Source: Flavobacteriaceae bacterium (lineage in GTDB: Bacteria; Bacteroidota; Bacteroidia; Flavobacteriales; Flavobacteriaceae). Taken from it: a stretch of DNA of 51,173 bases. The notes beneath the pieces were generated by a model, which had not been told where the DNA came from, made no database searches, and worked only from the letters and a program-made list of their open reading frames with translations. The translations under genes and the position numbers were made by a program. Positions 37,292 through 46,429 of the stretch are shown here, piece after piece (within the stretch, counting starts at the first letter, position 1; each line of letters begins with the position of its first letter). Location: assembly GCA_029942185.1 (NCBI GenBank), contig JAOZTK010000002.1, positions 1 through 51,173 of the forward strand, written 5' to 3'.

Positions 37292-38839
37292 TTATAAATG
37301 AATTCTTTTTAACCAATTACTCATTTTAACTTCTTTGGAAACAATTGTTTTAAGCTGATCAATTTTCAATCTTTTTTGTTCCATTGAATCACGATATCTA
37401 AGCGTAACAGTTTCGTCTTCAATAGTTTGATGATCTACTGTAATGCAAAAAGGCGTTCCTACAGCATCTTGTCTTCTATAACGGCGACCTACAGCGTCTT
37501 TTTCGTCATATACTACAGTAAAATCAAGTTTTAAATCAGTTTGTATTTTACGTGCTATTTCGGGAAGGCTGTCTTTTTTTACCAGGGGTAAAATTGCAAC
37601 CTTAATGGGTGCTAGAACTTCCGGCAAACGCAATACAGTACGGGTTGATCCGTTTTCAAGTGTCTCCTCTTGTAGTGCTTTGGAGAAAACGGCTAAGAAC
37701 ATTCTGTCCAAACCTATAGATGTTTCAACGACATAGGGGATATAACTCTTGTTAATTTCCGGATCAAAGTATTGTATTTTTTTACCCGAGTGCTTTTTAT
37801 GACTGGATAAATCGAAATCTGTACGAGAATGTATCCCTTCCAACTCTTTGAAACCAAAAGGAAAATTGAATTCAATATCAGCCGCCGCATCGGCGTAATG
37901 TGCAAGTTTTTCATGTTTGTGAAAACGATAATTCTCTTTTCCAAGTCCTAGTGATAAGTGCCAAGCCAAACGACGTTCTTTCCAGGTTTCATACCACTTC
38001 ATCTGCTCTCCGGGTCGTACAAAAAATTGCATTTCCATCTGTTCAAATTCTCGCATACGGAAAATAAACTGTCGTGCTACTATTTCGTTTCTAAAGGCTT
38101 TTCCTGTTTGTGCAATGCCAAATGGGATTTTCATCCTACCCGACTTTTGTACATTCAAAAAGTTCACAAAAATTCCTTGAGCTGTTTCCGGTCTTAAGTA
38201 TAAGTCCATACTATTGTTAGCTGAGGCTCCTATTTTTGTGCCAAACATAAGGTTGAATTGTTTGACTTCTGTCCAGTTTTTTGATCCTGAGACAGGACAG
38301 ACAATTTGTAATTCTTCAATCAATGCTTTTACGGCATCTAGACGATTAGCATCTAAATATTTTCCCATTCTTTGTAGGGCATCTTTTCTTTTTGAAAGGT
38401 AGTTTAAGACTCTGGGATTGGTGGTTTTATATTGCTCTTCATCAAAAGAATCTCCAAAACGTTTTTTAGCTTTATCGATTTCTTTTTGTGCTTTTTTTAA
38501 TAGTTTTTCTGCGTAATCCTCAACCAATACATCGGCTCTATAGCGTTTTTTAGAATCTTTATTATCGATAAGAGGATCGTTAAAAGCATCGATATGACCT
38601 GAGGCTTTCCATGTGGTTGGATGCATAAAAATAGCACTGTCAATTCCTACAATATTATCGTGCATTTGTACCATTGACTTCCACCAATATTCACGTATGT
38701 TGTTTTTTAAGGCTACACCATTTTGTAAATAATCGTAAACAGCGGCGAGTCCGTCGTAAATTTCGCTTGATTGTGCCACATAGCCGTATTCTTTAGCATG
38801 AGCGATAACATTTTTAAATTGATTGTCTTGTTTTGTCAT
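37292..38839 (-). CDS. glyQS: glycine--tRNA ligase (homodimeric class II type)
   Basis: 515 aa. FRNEI...R and REFEQMEMQFF class II motifs, and GIGLDR. Confidence 0.95.
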   Translation of the reverse strand: MTKQDNQFKNVIAHAKEYGYVAQSSEIYDGLAAVYDYLQNGVALKNNIREYWWKSMVQMHDNIVGIDSAIFMHPTTWKASGHIDAFNDPLIDNKDSKKRYRADVLVEDYAEKLLKKAQKEIDKAKKRFGDSFDEEQYKTTNPRVLNYLSKRKDALQRMGKYLDANRLDAVKALIEELQIVCPVSGSKNWTEVKQFNLMFGTKIGASANNSMDLYLRPETAQGIFVNFLNVQKSGRMKIPFGIAQTGKAFRNEIVARQFIFRMREFEQMEMQFFVRPGEQMKWYETWKERRLAWHLSLGLGKENYRFHKHEKLAHYADAAADIEFNFPFGFKELEGIHSRTDFDLSSHKKHSGKKIQYFDPEINKSYIPYVVETSIGLDRMFLAVFSKALQEETLENGSTRTVLRLPEVLAPIKVAILPLVKKDSLPEIARKIQTDLKLDFTVVYDEKDAVGRRYRRQDAVGTPFCITVDHQTIEDETVTLRYRDSMEQKRLKIDQLKTIVSKEVKMSNWLKRIHL

Positions 38840-38843
38840 GCTG

Positions 38844-38851
38844 CAAATGTA
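38844..38851 (-). promoter_or_regulatory. -7 box TAcaTTTG only 4 nt upstream of the glyQS ATG
   Basis: The minus strand reads TACATTTG-cagc-ATG. Confidence 0.35.
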
Positions 38852-38881
38852 ACAAGCTTTTAAATATAATGGGCTTCTCCC

Positions 38882-38917
38882 TAAAAAAAAAATAGAAACA
38901 CCTCAGCATTTCTATTT
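38882..38917 (-). terminator. intrinsic terminator after the TonB-C-like gene
   Basis: 8-bp stem aatagaaa/tttctatt with a 10-nt loop, followed on the minus strand by a run of about 10 T. Confidence 0.7.
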
Positions 38918-38944
38918 ATAAATTAGTTTTAATAAAGTTAATTG

Positions 38945-39874
38945 CTAGGGTACGATAAGGGTTAAAGGAACACTATAACTTATTTGAACTGAACTTCCAT
39001 TTTGTTTTGCCGCAATCATTTTGGGCATTTTTTTAATGGTTCGTATTGCTTCATTTTCAAGTGTTTTTCTAGCTCCGGAAGCAATGGTTCTCGGTGCTCT
39101 TGCTTTCACACTAACAACATTTCCAAATTTGTCAATATCAAAATTAATCCAAATACTTTTTTTCCCTGAACTCAAATTCAAATTTTCGATTATTGAAGTA
39201 TTGAAATTTCTAGATAAATGTCTTTTTATTTTTTTTGTAAAACAAGCTTTTTTTTGTGTAGGTGTTCCCTTACTACACCCCGGATAGGTCGGAGGTATTT
39301 CAACGCGATTGAAAGCAGTAGTCGTTTCGACAGCTGTAGTTTTTTCCTCTTGTGTTGTAGTAGCTGTAGTTTTTTCCTCTGAAGTAGTTGTCTTCTCAAT
39401 CACAGGGTCGGCTTCTGTTTTTTTGTCTTTGAATGCAATTGTTTCAGATTTAATATTTGCATCTAATGGGGAAGTACTTGGAATCAAAACTTCTTCAAAT
39501 TCGAGGGGACTTGTGTTTTTAAGATCAGATATTGTTTTTTGATAATCTGATATTTTTTTTTCATCTTTATTTTTTACTTTTTTTATAGAGTCTCTATAAC
39601 TAACGATAAAATCGCGTTCATCTGTGAGATTACCTTCTAAATCTTCATTATCATCAATTGCCAAATTATATTTTTCAATCATTTCATTGCGTTCTTTTTC
39701 AATTTCACTTTTTTCGTCTAATAGATAGGTAACAGATGTTTTTAATTTTTTCTTTTGTAAATAGATATATATTCCTGCACCTACTACAAGAAGGAGTAAA
39801 ACGGCCACTAATATTTTCGGTAACGAATAACCGGCATCTTCTTCTTCTACTTCATGATTGTAAATTTGTGACAT
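38945..39874 (-). CDS. membrane-anchored protein with coiled-coil, Thr-rich linker and TonB-C-like domain
   Basis: The ATG at 39874 (MSQIYNHE...) precedes a TM helix (ILVAVLLLLVVGAGIYIYL). The C-terminus (EIPPTYPGC...KFGNVVSVKARAP...) resembles flavobacterial TonB C-terminal domains. The ORF track start at 39967 is probably over-extended. Confidence 0.65.
   Translation of the reverse strand: MSQIYNHEVEEEDAGYSLPKILVAVLLLLVVGAGIYIYLQKKKLKTSVTYLLDEKSEIEKERNEMIEKYNLAIDDNEDLEGNLTDERDFIVSYRDSIKKVKNKDEKKISDYQKTISDLKNTSPLEFEEVLIPSTSPLDANIKSETIAFKDKKTEADPVIEKTTTSEEKTTATTTQEEKTTAVETTTAFNRVEIPPTYPGCSKGTPTQKKACFTKKIKRHLSRNFNTSIIENLNLSSGKKSIWINFDIDKFGNVVSVKARAPRTIASGARKTLENEAIRTIKKMPKMIAAKQNGSSVQISYSVPLTLIVP
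39332..39380. repeat. in-frame tandem repeat (19-bp exact core, 30-bp period) in the Thr-rich linker
   Basis: AGCTGTAGTTTTTTCCTCT occurs at 39332..39350 and 39362..39380. It encodes EEKTTA repeats on the minus strand. Confidence 0.85.
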
Positions 39875-39987
39875 ATATAAAGGGGGTTTAATAGGGTTAA
39901 AAATAATAGGATCTAAATTGAAATTTGTAAAGATACTAATTCTTGATATTACACAAAAAAAACACATTAAACAAGAAAGAATATTTC

Positions 39988-40905
39988 CTATTTTAAATTG
40001 ATTTTGGTCGTACCTAATAATTTATTTTCAAGATAAACTTTAATATAATAATCTCCTTTTTCAAGGTTTTTTTCAGGGATATCAGTTACTAAAATAACTT
40101 CGAGATCTCTATTGGTATAATCTACATCAGTCGCATCAGAATAGGAGATATCTAAACCGGTCATATCGGTAAATTCTCCTACAGAATTTATTATTTTCCC
40201 TGCTGCATTTTGGATAACGATATGGGCTTTTTTTAAACCTGATTCTGCAATTGTATTTTCTCTTATCTTAAAGCTAACTCTAAAAGCGTCCACTCTTTTT
40301 GCTCTGGTTGTTTCTTTTAATGTCCCATTGCTACGTTCTCTCATGGCAATTACAGCAACATTACTAACCTGTAGGATTGCTCCTAAAGCAATTTTTTCAT
40401 TCAAATCAATATTTTGTACAGATAAACTATCATTGACCATGGTTTTAACGTCAATAATAGATGTTTGGCGTAGAACTGTCGCCTCAGCGCTATCTCTTTC
40501 AATGGATATATTGTAATTTGCTTTTATAAGAGAATCAGATTCTCGTAACAGCTTTTTGTTTAAAACCTCCAGTACAGCGAGTTTATTTTTATACCTCCTA
40601 ATTATTTTGTAATTAAGTGATTTTAAATTGATGACAGAATCTTTAAAAGTTATGATGTTGTCCCTCGCTTCTGTCAATTCAACTTCCATGGTAGAATTTT
40701 CTTCGATGGCTTTATCTAATTCTGCAATTTTTTTATCTAAATCAGATTGAATTTGTAGTTTTTCTTTAATAAGATTTTGTTCCGATTCCTTGTTTATTTG
40801 ATAATTTTGATAGGCAAAAAATGCCAAAAGAGCCAATAAAATAGCTAGTATTATAATGGTTATTTTCGAGCTGTTCATTCGTTTTTCCGATTCTTGTGAT
40901 TCCAT
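39988..40905 (-). CDS. hypothetical membrane-anchored coiled-coil protein
   Basis: 305 aa. N-terminal TM helix (ITIIILAILLALLAFFAY), about 100 aa of heptad-like sequence, then a beta-rich C-terminal domain. No family recognised. Confidence 0.6.
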   Translation of the reverse strand: MESQESEKRMNSSKITIIILAILLALLAFFAYQNYQINKESEQNLIKEKLQIQSDLDKKIAELDKAIEENSTMEVELTEARDNIITFKDSVINLKSLNYKIIRRYKNKLAVLEVLNKKLLRESDSLIKANYNISIERDSAEATVLRQTSIIDVKTMVNDSLSVQNIDLNEKIALGAILQVSNVAVIAMRERSNGTLKETTRAKRVDAFRVSFKIRENTIAESGLKKAHIVIQNAAGKIINSVGEFTDMTGLDISYSDATDVDYTNRDLEVILVTDIPEKNLEKGDYYIKVYLENKLLGTTKINLK

Positions 40906-40980
40906 TTTTCTGAGGGTATTTAATGTTTAAATATGATGTTTGATTAATACACAAATATATAAATTAATTATTAAAAATTG

Positions 40981-40988
40981 TACCTTTG
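40981..40988 (+). promoter_or_regulatory. -7 box TAccTTTG upstream of comF
   Basis: Exact TAnnTTTG, 40 nt before the ATG at 41029. Confidence 0.35.
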
Positions 40989-41028
40989 TTTTTTGTGTAA
41001 AAAAAATTGTAAGATTTAAGAATTATTA

Positions 41029-41718
41029 ATGCGTTTTTTTCATAGTATCTTTAACCTATTTTATCCTGTATTATGTTTAACTTGTGGTAATCATTTGGTA
41101 AAAAATGAATATCTTTTGTGTAGTTCTTGTAGACATAAATTACCAGAAACAGACTTTTGTAACACTCCTAATAATTTGATAGAAAGCACATTACAAGGTA
41201 GGGTCTCCATTGTTGCGGGTACCGCTTTATTGTATTTTAGAAAAAAAGGAATTGTACAATCACTGATTCATTCTTTGAAGTATAAAAACAGACAAGAAGT
41301 TGGAATATTTTTTGCCAGATGGATGGGCAATCAACTCAAGGAAAGCGAACGTTTTAAAAACATACAAGGTATTGTCATGGTTCCGCTTCACCCAAAAAGG
41401 TATAAACAACGAGGTTATAATCAATTAACTGTTTTTGCAGAGGAACTATCCAAAGAACTTGAAATACCTGTTTATAAAGACGTTTTAATAAAAGTGGGGA
41501 AATTTAGCACTCAAACAAAGAAGAACCGGTTTGGTCGATTTGAAAAAATCAATGAACGATTTCACATAACTGATAACGATAGATTAAATGGGAAACATGT
41601 GTTATTGGTAGATGATGTTTTTACAACAGGTGCCACTTTAGAAGCTTGTGCAAGTGAACTGCTTAAAACAGCAAAGCTTCAGATTAGTATTGCCACAATG
41701 GTTGTGTCAGATTATTAA
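41029..41718 (+). CDS. comF: ComF family protein (phosphoribosyltransferase domain)
   Basis: 229 aa. N-terminal Cys pairs CLTCG...CSSC and the PRTase motif VLLVDDVFTTGATL. Confidence 0.8.
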   Translation: MRFFHSIFNLFYPVLCLTCGNHLVKNEYLLCSSCRHKLPETDFCNTPNNLIESTLQGRVSIVAGTALLYFRKKGIVQSLIHSLKYKNRQEVGIFFARWMGNQLKESERFKNIQGIVMVPLHPKRYKQRGYNQLTVFAEELSKELEIPVYKDVLIKVGKFSTQTKKNRFGRFEKINERFHITDNDRLNGKHVLLVDDVFTTGATLEACASELLKTAKLQISIATMVVSDY

Positions 41719-41864
41719 GCAACTATTATCTTAAATTGAATAAAGCTTATTAGTTGTATGATAGGTTATAAATAAATATCGTTTCTTTGTCTTTGAGAGT
41801 TAGCGCTACCATCAGCAAAAAGTAGTGAGATTTTTTCTAAAAACATTTTCTATCAATAAAATTA

Positions 41865-43466
41865 ATGTACGTGCGGTATTTTTTTATTTTTATAGTATTT
41901 TTCATCGTATTCAGTTTGTATGATTGTGCGAGAGTAGGAAGACCGACAGGTGGGGAAAAAGATATTTTGCCTCCGGTTACAATTAGTGCGAGCCCTGATT
42001 TCGAGAGTATCAACTATTCCGGTGAAAAAATCAAAATTAGTTTTAATGAGTATATAAAATTTAAGGATTTGAATCGGCAATTAGTTATTTCACCTCCTTT
42101 AAAATACAAACCCGAGATAAGTCCTCTTGGATTTCCTAGCAAGTATATCACCATCAAAATAAAAGACACTTTAAAAGAAAACACTACCTATACTTTTAAC
42201 TTTGGAAATGCAATTATTGATAATTCGGAAGGGAATCCATTAAAACAGTTTAAGTATTTATTCTCGACGGGTAGTACTATTGATTCCCTCAAGGTATCAG
42301 GCACTGTTAAAGATGCTTTTTTGCAAAAACCCGACGCTGATATTTCTGTTTTAATCTATGCTGCTGACAGTACGTATCACGATTCAATCGTCTATAAAAG
42401 TAAACCAAATTATGTGACGAGTACGTTGGATAGCACAGGCTTTTCAATTACCAATATAAAGAATGGAGATTATTACTTATATGCTTTAAGCGATCGAAAT
42501 AGAAATTTGGTTTTTGACCCAAAAGAGGATAAAATAGCTTTTATTGCAGGACCGGTTTCTGTATTAAAGGATACAATTTATGAGTTGTGTTTGTTTAAAG
42601 AGCAACCTGAATTTGCGATAAAAAACATTTCGGAATTGAGTAAAAATCATCTTGTTGTTGGCTATGAGGGTTTTATAAATGCCACTGTTGAGGATTTAAT
42701 CGATAAAAACAAGAATACTGTTCCGTTTTTAAGTTATCAAGATAGCGAAAAGGACAGTTTACATATTTGGTATAATAGTATCGACTCAGATACTTTGTTG
42801 ATTCGTATCAAACAAAAGGATTCCATTTCAACTACCAAAAAGCGACTACGTTCAAAGGAGCTTGATAGCCTTCGACTTTATTTGAACATTAATAAAATAC
42901 TTCCATGGAGCGATTCTTTGTCCATCGTGTCAAATATCCCAATAACTACAATAGACAAAAATCAAATTAAACTCTTCGATACTGATTCTACGGCAATTCC
43001 TTTTAATATTTTAAAAGAAGAAATAAATACAAGTATAATAGTTGATTTTGTAAAAAAGGAAAATAAGAATTATATTTTACATGTATTACCCGCTGCCATT
43101 ACAAATTTTTTAGGACAAAAAAATGACAGTTTAGTTTTTAATTTCAGAACTAAAAAACTCGCAGATTACGGCAATCTTGCTATTGGCGTTAAAACAGCAA
43201 ATAACACTCCATTGATTATAGAACTACTCAATAATAAGGGAAGCTTAATAACACGGAGATTTGTCACTCAAGATAAAGAAATAAAATTTAGTTTTTTGCA
43301 ACCCGGTAAATATAAACTAAGAGCCATCTATGATAATAATGATAATAAAAGGTGGGATACAGGTGATTTTCTTAAAAAAATTCAAGCTGAAAGAGTTTTG
43401 TACCATTCCAAAATAATTGAGATACGTGCCAATTGGAGTATTTCAGAGGTTTTTGCTATAAAATAA
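41865..43466 (+). CDS. Ig-like (SbsA-type) domain lipoprotein
   Basis: 533 aa. Signal/lipobox ...FSLYDC/ARVGRPTGGEKDILPP is typical of Bacteroidota Big_5-type lipoproteins. The protein is beta-rich throughout. Confidence 0.65.
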   Translation: MYVRYFFIFIVFFIVFSLYDCARVGRPTGGEKDILPPVTISASPDFESINYSGEKIKISFNEYIKFKDLNRQLVISPPLKYKPEISPLGFPSKYITIKIKDTLKENTTYTFNFGNAIIDNSEGNPLKQFKYLFSTGSTIDSLKVSGTVKDAFLQKPDADISVLIYAADSTYHDSIVYKSKPNYVTSTLDSTGFSITNIKNGDYYLYALSDRNRNLVFDPKEDKIAFIAGPVSVLKDTIYELCLFKEQPEFAIKNISELSKNHLVVGYEGFINATVEDLIDKNKNTVPFLSYQDSEKDSLHIWYNSIDSDTLLIRIKQKDSISTTKKRLRSKELDSLRLYLNINKILPWSDSLSIVSNIPITTIDKNQIKLFDTDSTAIPFNILKEEINTSIIVDFVKKENKNYILHVLPAAITNFLGQKNDSLVFNFRTKKLADYGNLAIGVKTANNTPLIIELLNNKGSLITRRFVTQDKEIKFSFLQPGKYKLRAIYDNNDNKRWDTGDFLKKIQAERVLYHSKIIEIRANWSISEVFAIK

Positions 43467-43487
43467 TGCTTTTTTTTTAATTTTATC

Positions 43488-43495
43488 TATATTTG
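43488..43495 (+). promoter_or_regulatory. -7 box TAtaTTTG upstream of the OMP gene
   Basis: Exact TAnnTTTG, 43 nt before the ATG at 43539. Confidence 0.35.
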
Positions 43496-43538
43496 TCATA
43501 GTTTTATAATTGATTAAAAAATCCTAATATTTATTAGA

Positions 43539-44390
43539 ATGCGTTTTAAATTATTAATACTTTTTTCTGTTTTCTTTTCATTCCACCCCTTTGTGGAAGC
43601 CCAGACCAAACTGAATTACGAAGTGAGTATCAATTTAGGATTGGCATCTTTTCAAACAGATTATGGAGAAAGACATGATTTTAAGAGTGGGATTACAGGT
43701 AACGTTGGTTTAGCGGCAGGTGCTTCATTTTATATAAACTTTTTCAACTATGATCCCAAAATCAATCCAAATCCAAATTGGCGACAAAAACATTTAAAAT
43801 TAAAGATAGAAACGTCCTACCTAAAAGCAAACTTAGATCATTTTGGTAGTTATCAAGCCGAGGATTCACAGAATGGCCTGAAGCTAAGAAATATGCACGG
43901 AAAAACGTCAGTTATTAATTTAGGTACTATGATAGAGTACCACCCTTATAATATCCCAGATTTTATCACTACTAAAAAAAGATGGGTTGCTCCTTACTTT
44001 GGTTTAGGAGTTATGGGTGGCTATAGTATGCCTTCTGTTACGACTGATTTGGGAGATTGGCAAGATGAAGCTAACTTAATTCAAGCGTATCATGCTTATG
44101 GCAGTAATGATTCTACTGTACAACCAATTGATATTGATTCAAAATTGGTGCTTTCACTTGTCTTCGGTGCTGGTTTACGATTTGAAATAGATTTTGAGTC
44201 AGCGTTGATGATCGATATGAGGTGGCAATATTTTAATAATGATTATATCGATGGCTTGAGTCCAAATCCTGGAATAGTACCCAATAAATACAATGATTGG
44301 TTGTACTACTTAAATGTAGGTTATGTTTTTGAATTTGGAGAAAATACAAGAATTTCAACGTGGCTTAAAAGAAATAGACGAATACGTTAA
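43539..44390 (+). CDS. putative outer-membrane beta-barrel protein
   Basis: 283 aa. Signal peptide ending VEA/Q, with alternating hydrophobic beta-strand patterns (GLGVMGGYSM, VFGAGLRFEI, LNVGYVFEF). Confidence 0.6.
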   Translation: MRFKLLILFSVFFSFHPFVEAQTKLNYEVSINLGLASFQTDYGERHDFKSGITGNVGLAAGASFYINFFNYDPKINPNPNWRQKHLKLKIETSYLKANLDHFGSYQAEDSQNGLKLRNMHGKTSVINLGTMIEYHPYNIPDFITTKKRWVAPYFGLGVMGGYSMPSVTTDLGDWQDEANLIQAYHAYGSNDSTVQPIDIDSKLVLSLVFGAGLRFEIDFESALMIDMRWQYFNNDYIDGLSPNPGIVPNKYNDWLYYLNVGYVFEFGENTRISTWLKRNRRIR

Positions 44391-44432
44391 GGGATATTAT
44401 TTGACCCTAGTTTTTTATAACAAAAATTCAAT

Positions 44433-45575
44433 TTACAATTTTAAAGCTTGTTTTAGGTCATTTATAAGATCTGTAATATCTTCTATCCCAACGCTTAATC
44501 TAATAAGTGAATCTGTAACTCCTGTTTTTTCTCGTACTGCTTTTGGAATGGACGCATGTGTCATACTTGCCGGATGACCACAGAGAGATTCAACGCCGCC
44601 AAGAGATTCAGCTAGCGTAAAAAGTTTTAAATTTTCTACCACTTTTATAGCGTCTGCTTTGCGATTTCCTTTTGTTGAAAATGAGAGCATTCCTCCAAAA
44701 TCCTTCATTTGTTTTTTAGCAATTTCATGATTTGGATGTGTTTTAAGTCCGGGCCAAAATACTTTTTCTACCCTAGGATGTCTTTCCAAATAATCAACAA
44801 TAACAGTCGCATTTTCACAATGTCTTTGCATACGGACATGTAGGGTTTTTAAACCTCTTAAAACTAAAAAGCTGTCTTGTGGGCCACAAATTGCCCCACT
44901 TGCATTTTGTATAAAATGTAATTTTTCTGCTAAAACTTTATCCCGGACAACAAGGGCACCCATAACCACATCAGAATGACCGCCCAAATATTTTGTGGCA
45001 GAATGCATCACGATATCTGCACCCATATTTAAAGGGAGTTGTAAATAAGGAGTGGCAAAAGTATTGTCAACAGCAACTAAAATTTTAGTGGCTTTTGCCG
45101 TTTTGACTACCGCTTCTATATCAATAATATTCAACATAGGATTGGTGGGTGTTTCTATCCAAATCAGTTTTGTTTTGTCGTTGATTAATGCGCTTAAAGA
45201 TTGCGTATCGCCAAATCCGATAAAATGAAATTTAACGCCAAAATTTTCAAATATTTTTGTAAACAGACGATAGGTGCCTCCGTATAGATCGTTTGTCGCG
45301 ATAACTTCATCTCCGGGTTTTAATAACTTTATGACCGCATCAATCGCAGCTAAACCTGAGGCGAATGCCAAACCATATTTTCCATTTTCTAAGCTAGCAA
45401 AAGCATTTTCTAAGGCAGAACGAGTAGGATTTCCCGTTCGAGAATATTCATAACCCTTGTGTTGCCCCGGGCTTTTTTGAGCATAAGTAGACGTTTGATA
45501 AATAGGTGGCATAACTGCGCCTGTAGCTGGATCGTGTTGTTGATTGCCGTGTATTGTTTTGGTGTTAAATTTCAT
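44433..45575 (-). CDS. PLP-dependent transsulfuration enzyme (cystathionine gamma-synthase / beta-lyase / gamma-lyase family)
   Basis: MKFNTKTIHG start and the PLP-lysine context HSATKYLGGHSD. The ORF track start at 45599 is a TTG. The ATG at 45575 is preferred. Confidence 0.85.
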   Translation of the reverse strand: MKFNTKTIHGNQQHDPATGAVMPPIYQTSTYAQKSPGQHKGYEYSRTGNPTRSALENAFASLENGKYGLAFASGLAAIDAVIKLLKPGDEVIATNDLYGGTYRLFTKIFENFGVKFHFIGFGDTQSLSALINDKTKLIWIETPTNPMLNIIDIEAVVKTAKATKILVAVDNTFATPYLQLPLNMGADIVMHSATKYLGGHSDVVMGALVVRDKVLAEKLHFIQNASGAICGPQDSFLVLRGLKTLHVRMQRHCENATVIVDYLERHPRVEKVFWPGLKTHPNHEIAKKQMKDFGGMLSFSTKGNRKADAIKVVENLKLFTLAESLGGVESLCGHPASMTHASIPKAVREKTGVTDSLIRLSVGIEDITDLINDLKQALKL

Positions 45576-45668
45576 TTTATTATAAATTAATGTTTTCAAA
45601 AAGACGCAATGTAACCTATCTGTCGATAGACGAAATCGTTAATAAAAGGTTTTTAGTAAGGAATGTAA

Positions 45669-45676
45669 TATATTTG
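45669..45676 (+). promoter_or_regulatory. -7 box TAtaTTTG upstream of the ArsC-family gene
   Basis: Exact TAnnTTTG, 33 nt before the ATG at 45710. It lies inside the over-extended ORF-track reading frame. Confidence 0.35.
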
Positions 45677-45709
45677 TCGAAATTAGCATTTTTACAGAGA
45701 TTAATCAAT

Positions 45710-46063
45710 ATGCGTAAAATATATTTTCTTAAAACTTGTAACACCAGTCTGCGGATTCTAAAAAATCTACCCACGGATACATTTGAAATGCAGGATATTA
45801 AAGAATCACCCATAAGTGCTTTTCAATTAGATGAAATGAAAAACCTATCGGGTAGTTATGAAAAACTTTTTAGCAGAAGAGCTAAAAAGTACCATCAAAT
45901 GGGATTAAAAAATCAAGATTTATCGGAAAAAGACTATCGAAGGTTACTCCTAGATACCAATACCTTTTTAAAAAGACCTGTCGTGATTATTGACGATCAA
46001 ATATTTATAGGAAGTAGTAAAAAGAATACAACAGTACTTTTTGAGGCAACTTTAAGTGTTTAA
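45710..46063 (+). CDS. ArsC/Spx/YffB family protein
   Basis: 117 aa from MRKIYFLKTCNTSLRILKNL (single Cys in the family's N-terminal position) to ...LKRPVVIIDDQIFIG. The first 40 codons of the ORF track look non-coding. Confidence 0.7.
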   Translation: MRKIYFLKTCNTSLRILKNLPTDTFEMQDIKESPISAFQLDEMKNLSGSYEKLFSRRAKKYHQMGLKNQDLSEKDYRRLLLDTNTFLKRPVVIIDDQIFIGSSKKNTTVLFEATLSV

Positions 46064-46188
46064 AGTTAGCTGTCAGATTTGGAATTACAATTGTCAATTA
46101 AAATAGAAGAATTAAGCATATCTAATTATAACACTCAACAGGATAACGAGTAATCAACTTTGTGTCTTTACGATAAAAAATTAAACGT

Positions 46189-46425
46189 ATGAACCTAATA
46201 ATCCGTACACTAGTTATTTTAATACTAATTGATTTTGGCGTGGGTTTTTATTTGTTAAGTCAAGAACATCCTCTGGGAAACAAAATTGTAGGCATAGGAG
46301 TTTTAGTTTTTACCTGTGTTCTGTTGCCGTTGTTTTTATACTACCGTTATAAGGGAAAGAAACTAGAAGATTACACTTTAAACAAAGAAAAAATCAATAA
46401 AATTATTGACAATTTGAATTCGTAA
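46189..46425 (+). CDS. small two-TM membrane protein, hypothetical
   Basis: 78 aa with two clear hydrophobic helices and then a charged tail. No family recognised. Confidence 0.45.
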   Translation: MNLIIRTLVILILIDFGVGFYLLSQEHPLGNKIVGIGVLVFTCVLLPLFLYYRYKGKKLEDYTLNKEKINKIIDNLNS

Positions 46426-46429
46426 AAAC

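Noticed and set aside
45576-45709. A SAM or other riboswitch upstream of the transsulfuration gene
   Set aside because: The leader is at most about 130 nt and is shared with a divergent promoter. It holds only a 5-bp hairpin (ctatc-gaca-gatag), with no SAM-I four-way junction or SAM-II pseudoknot signatures.
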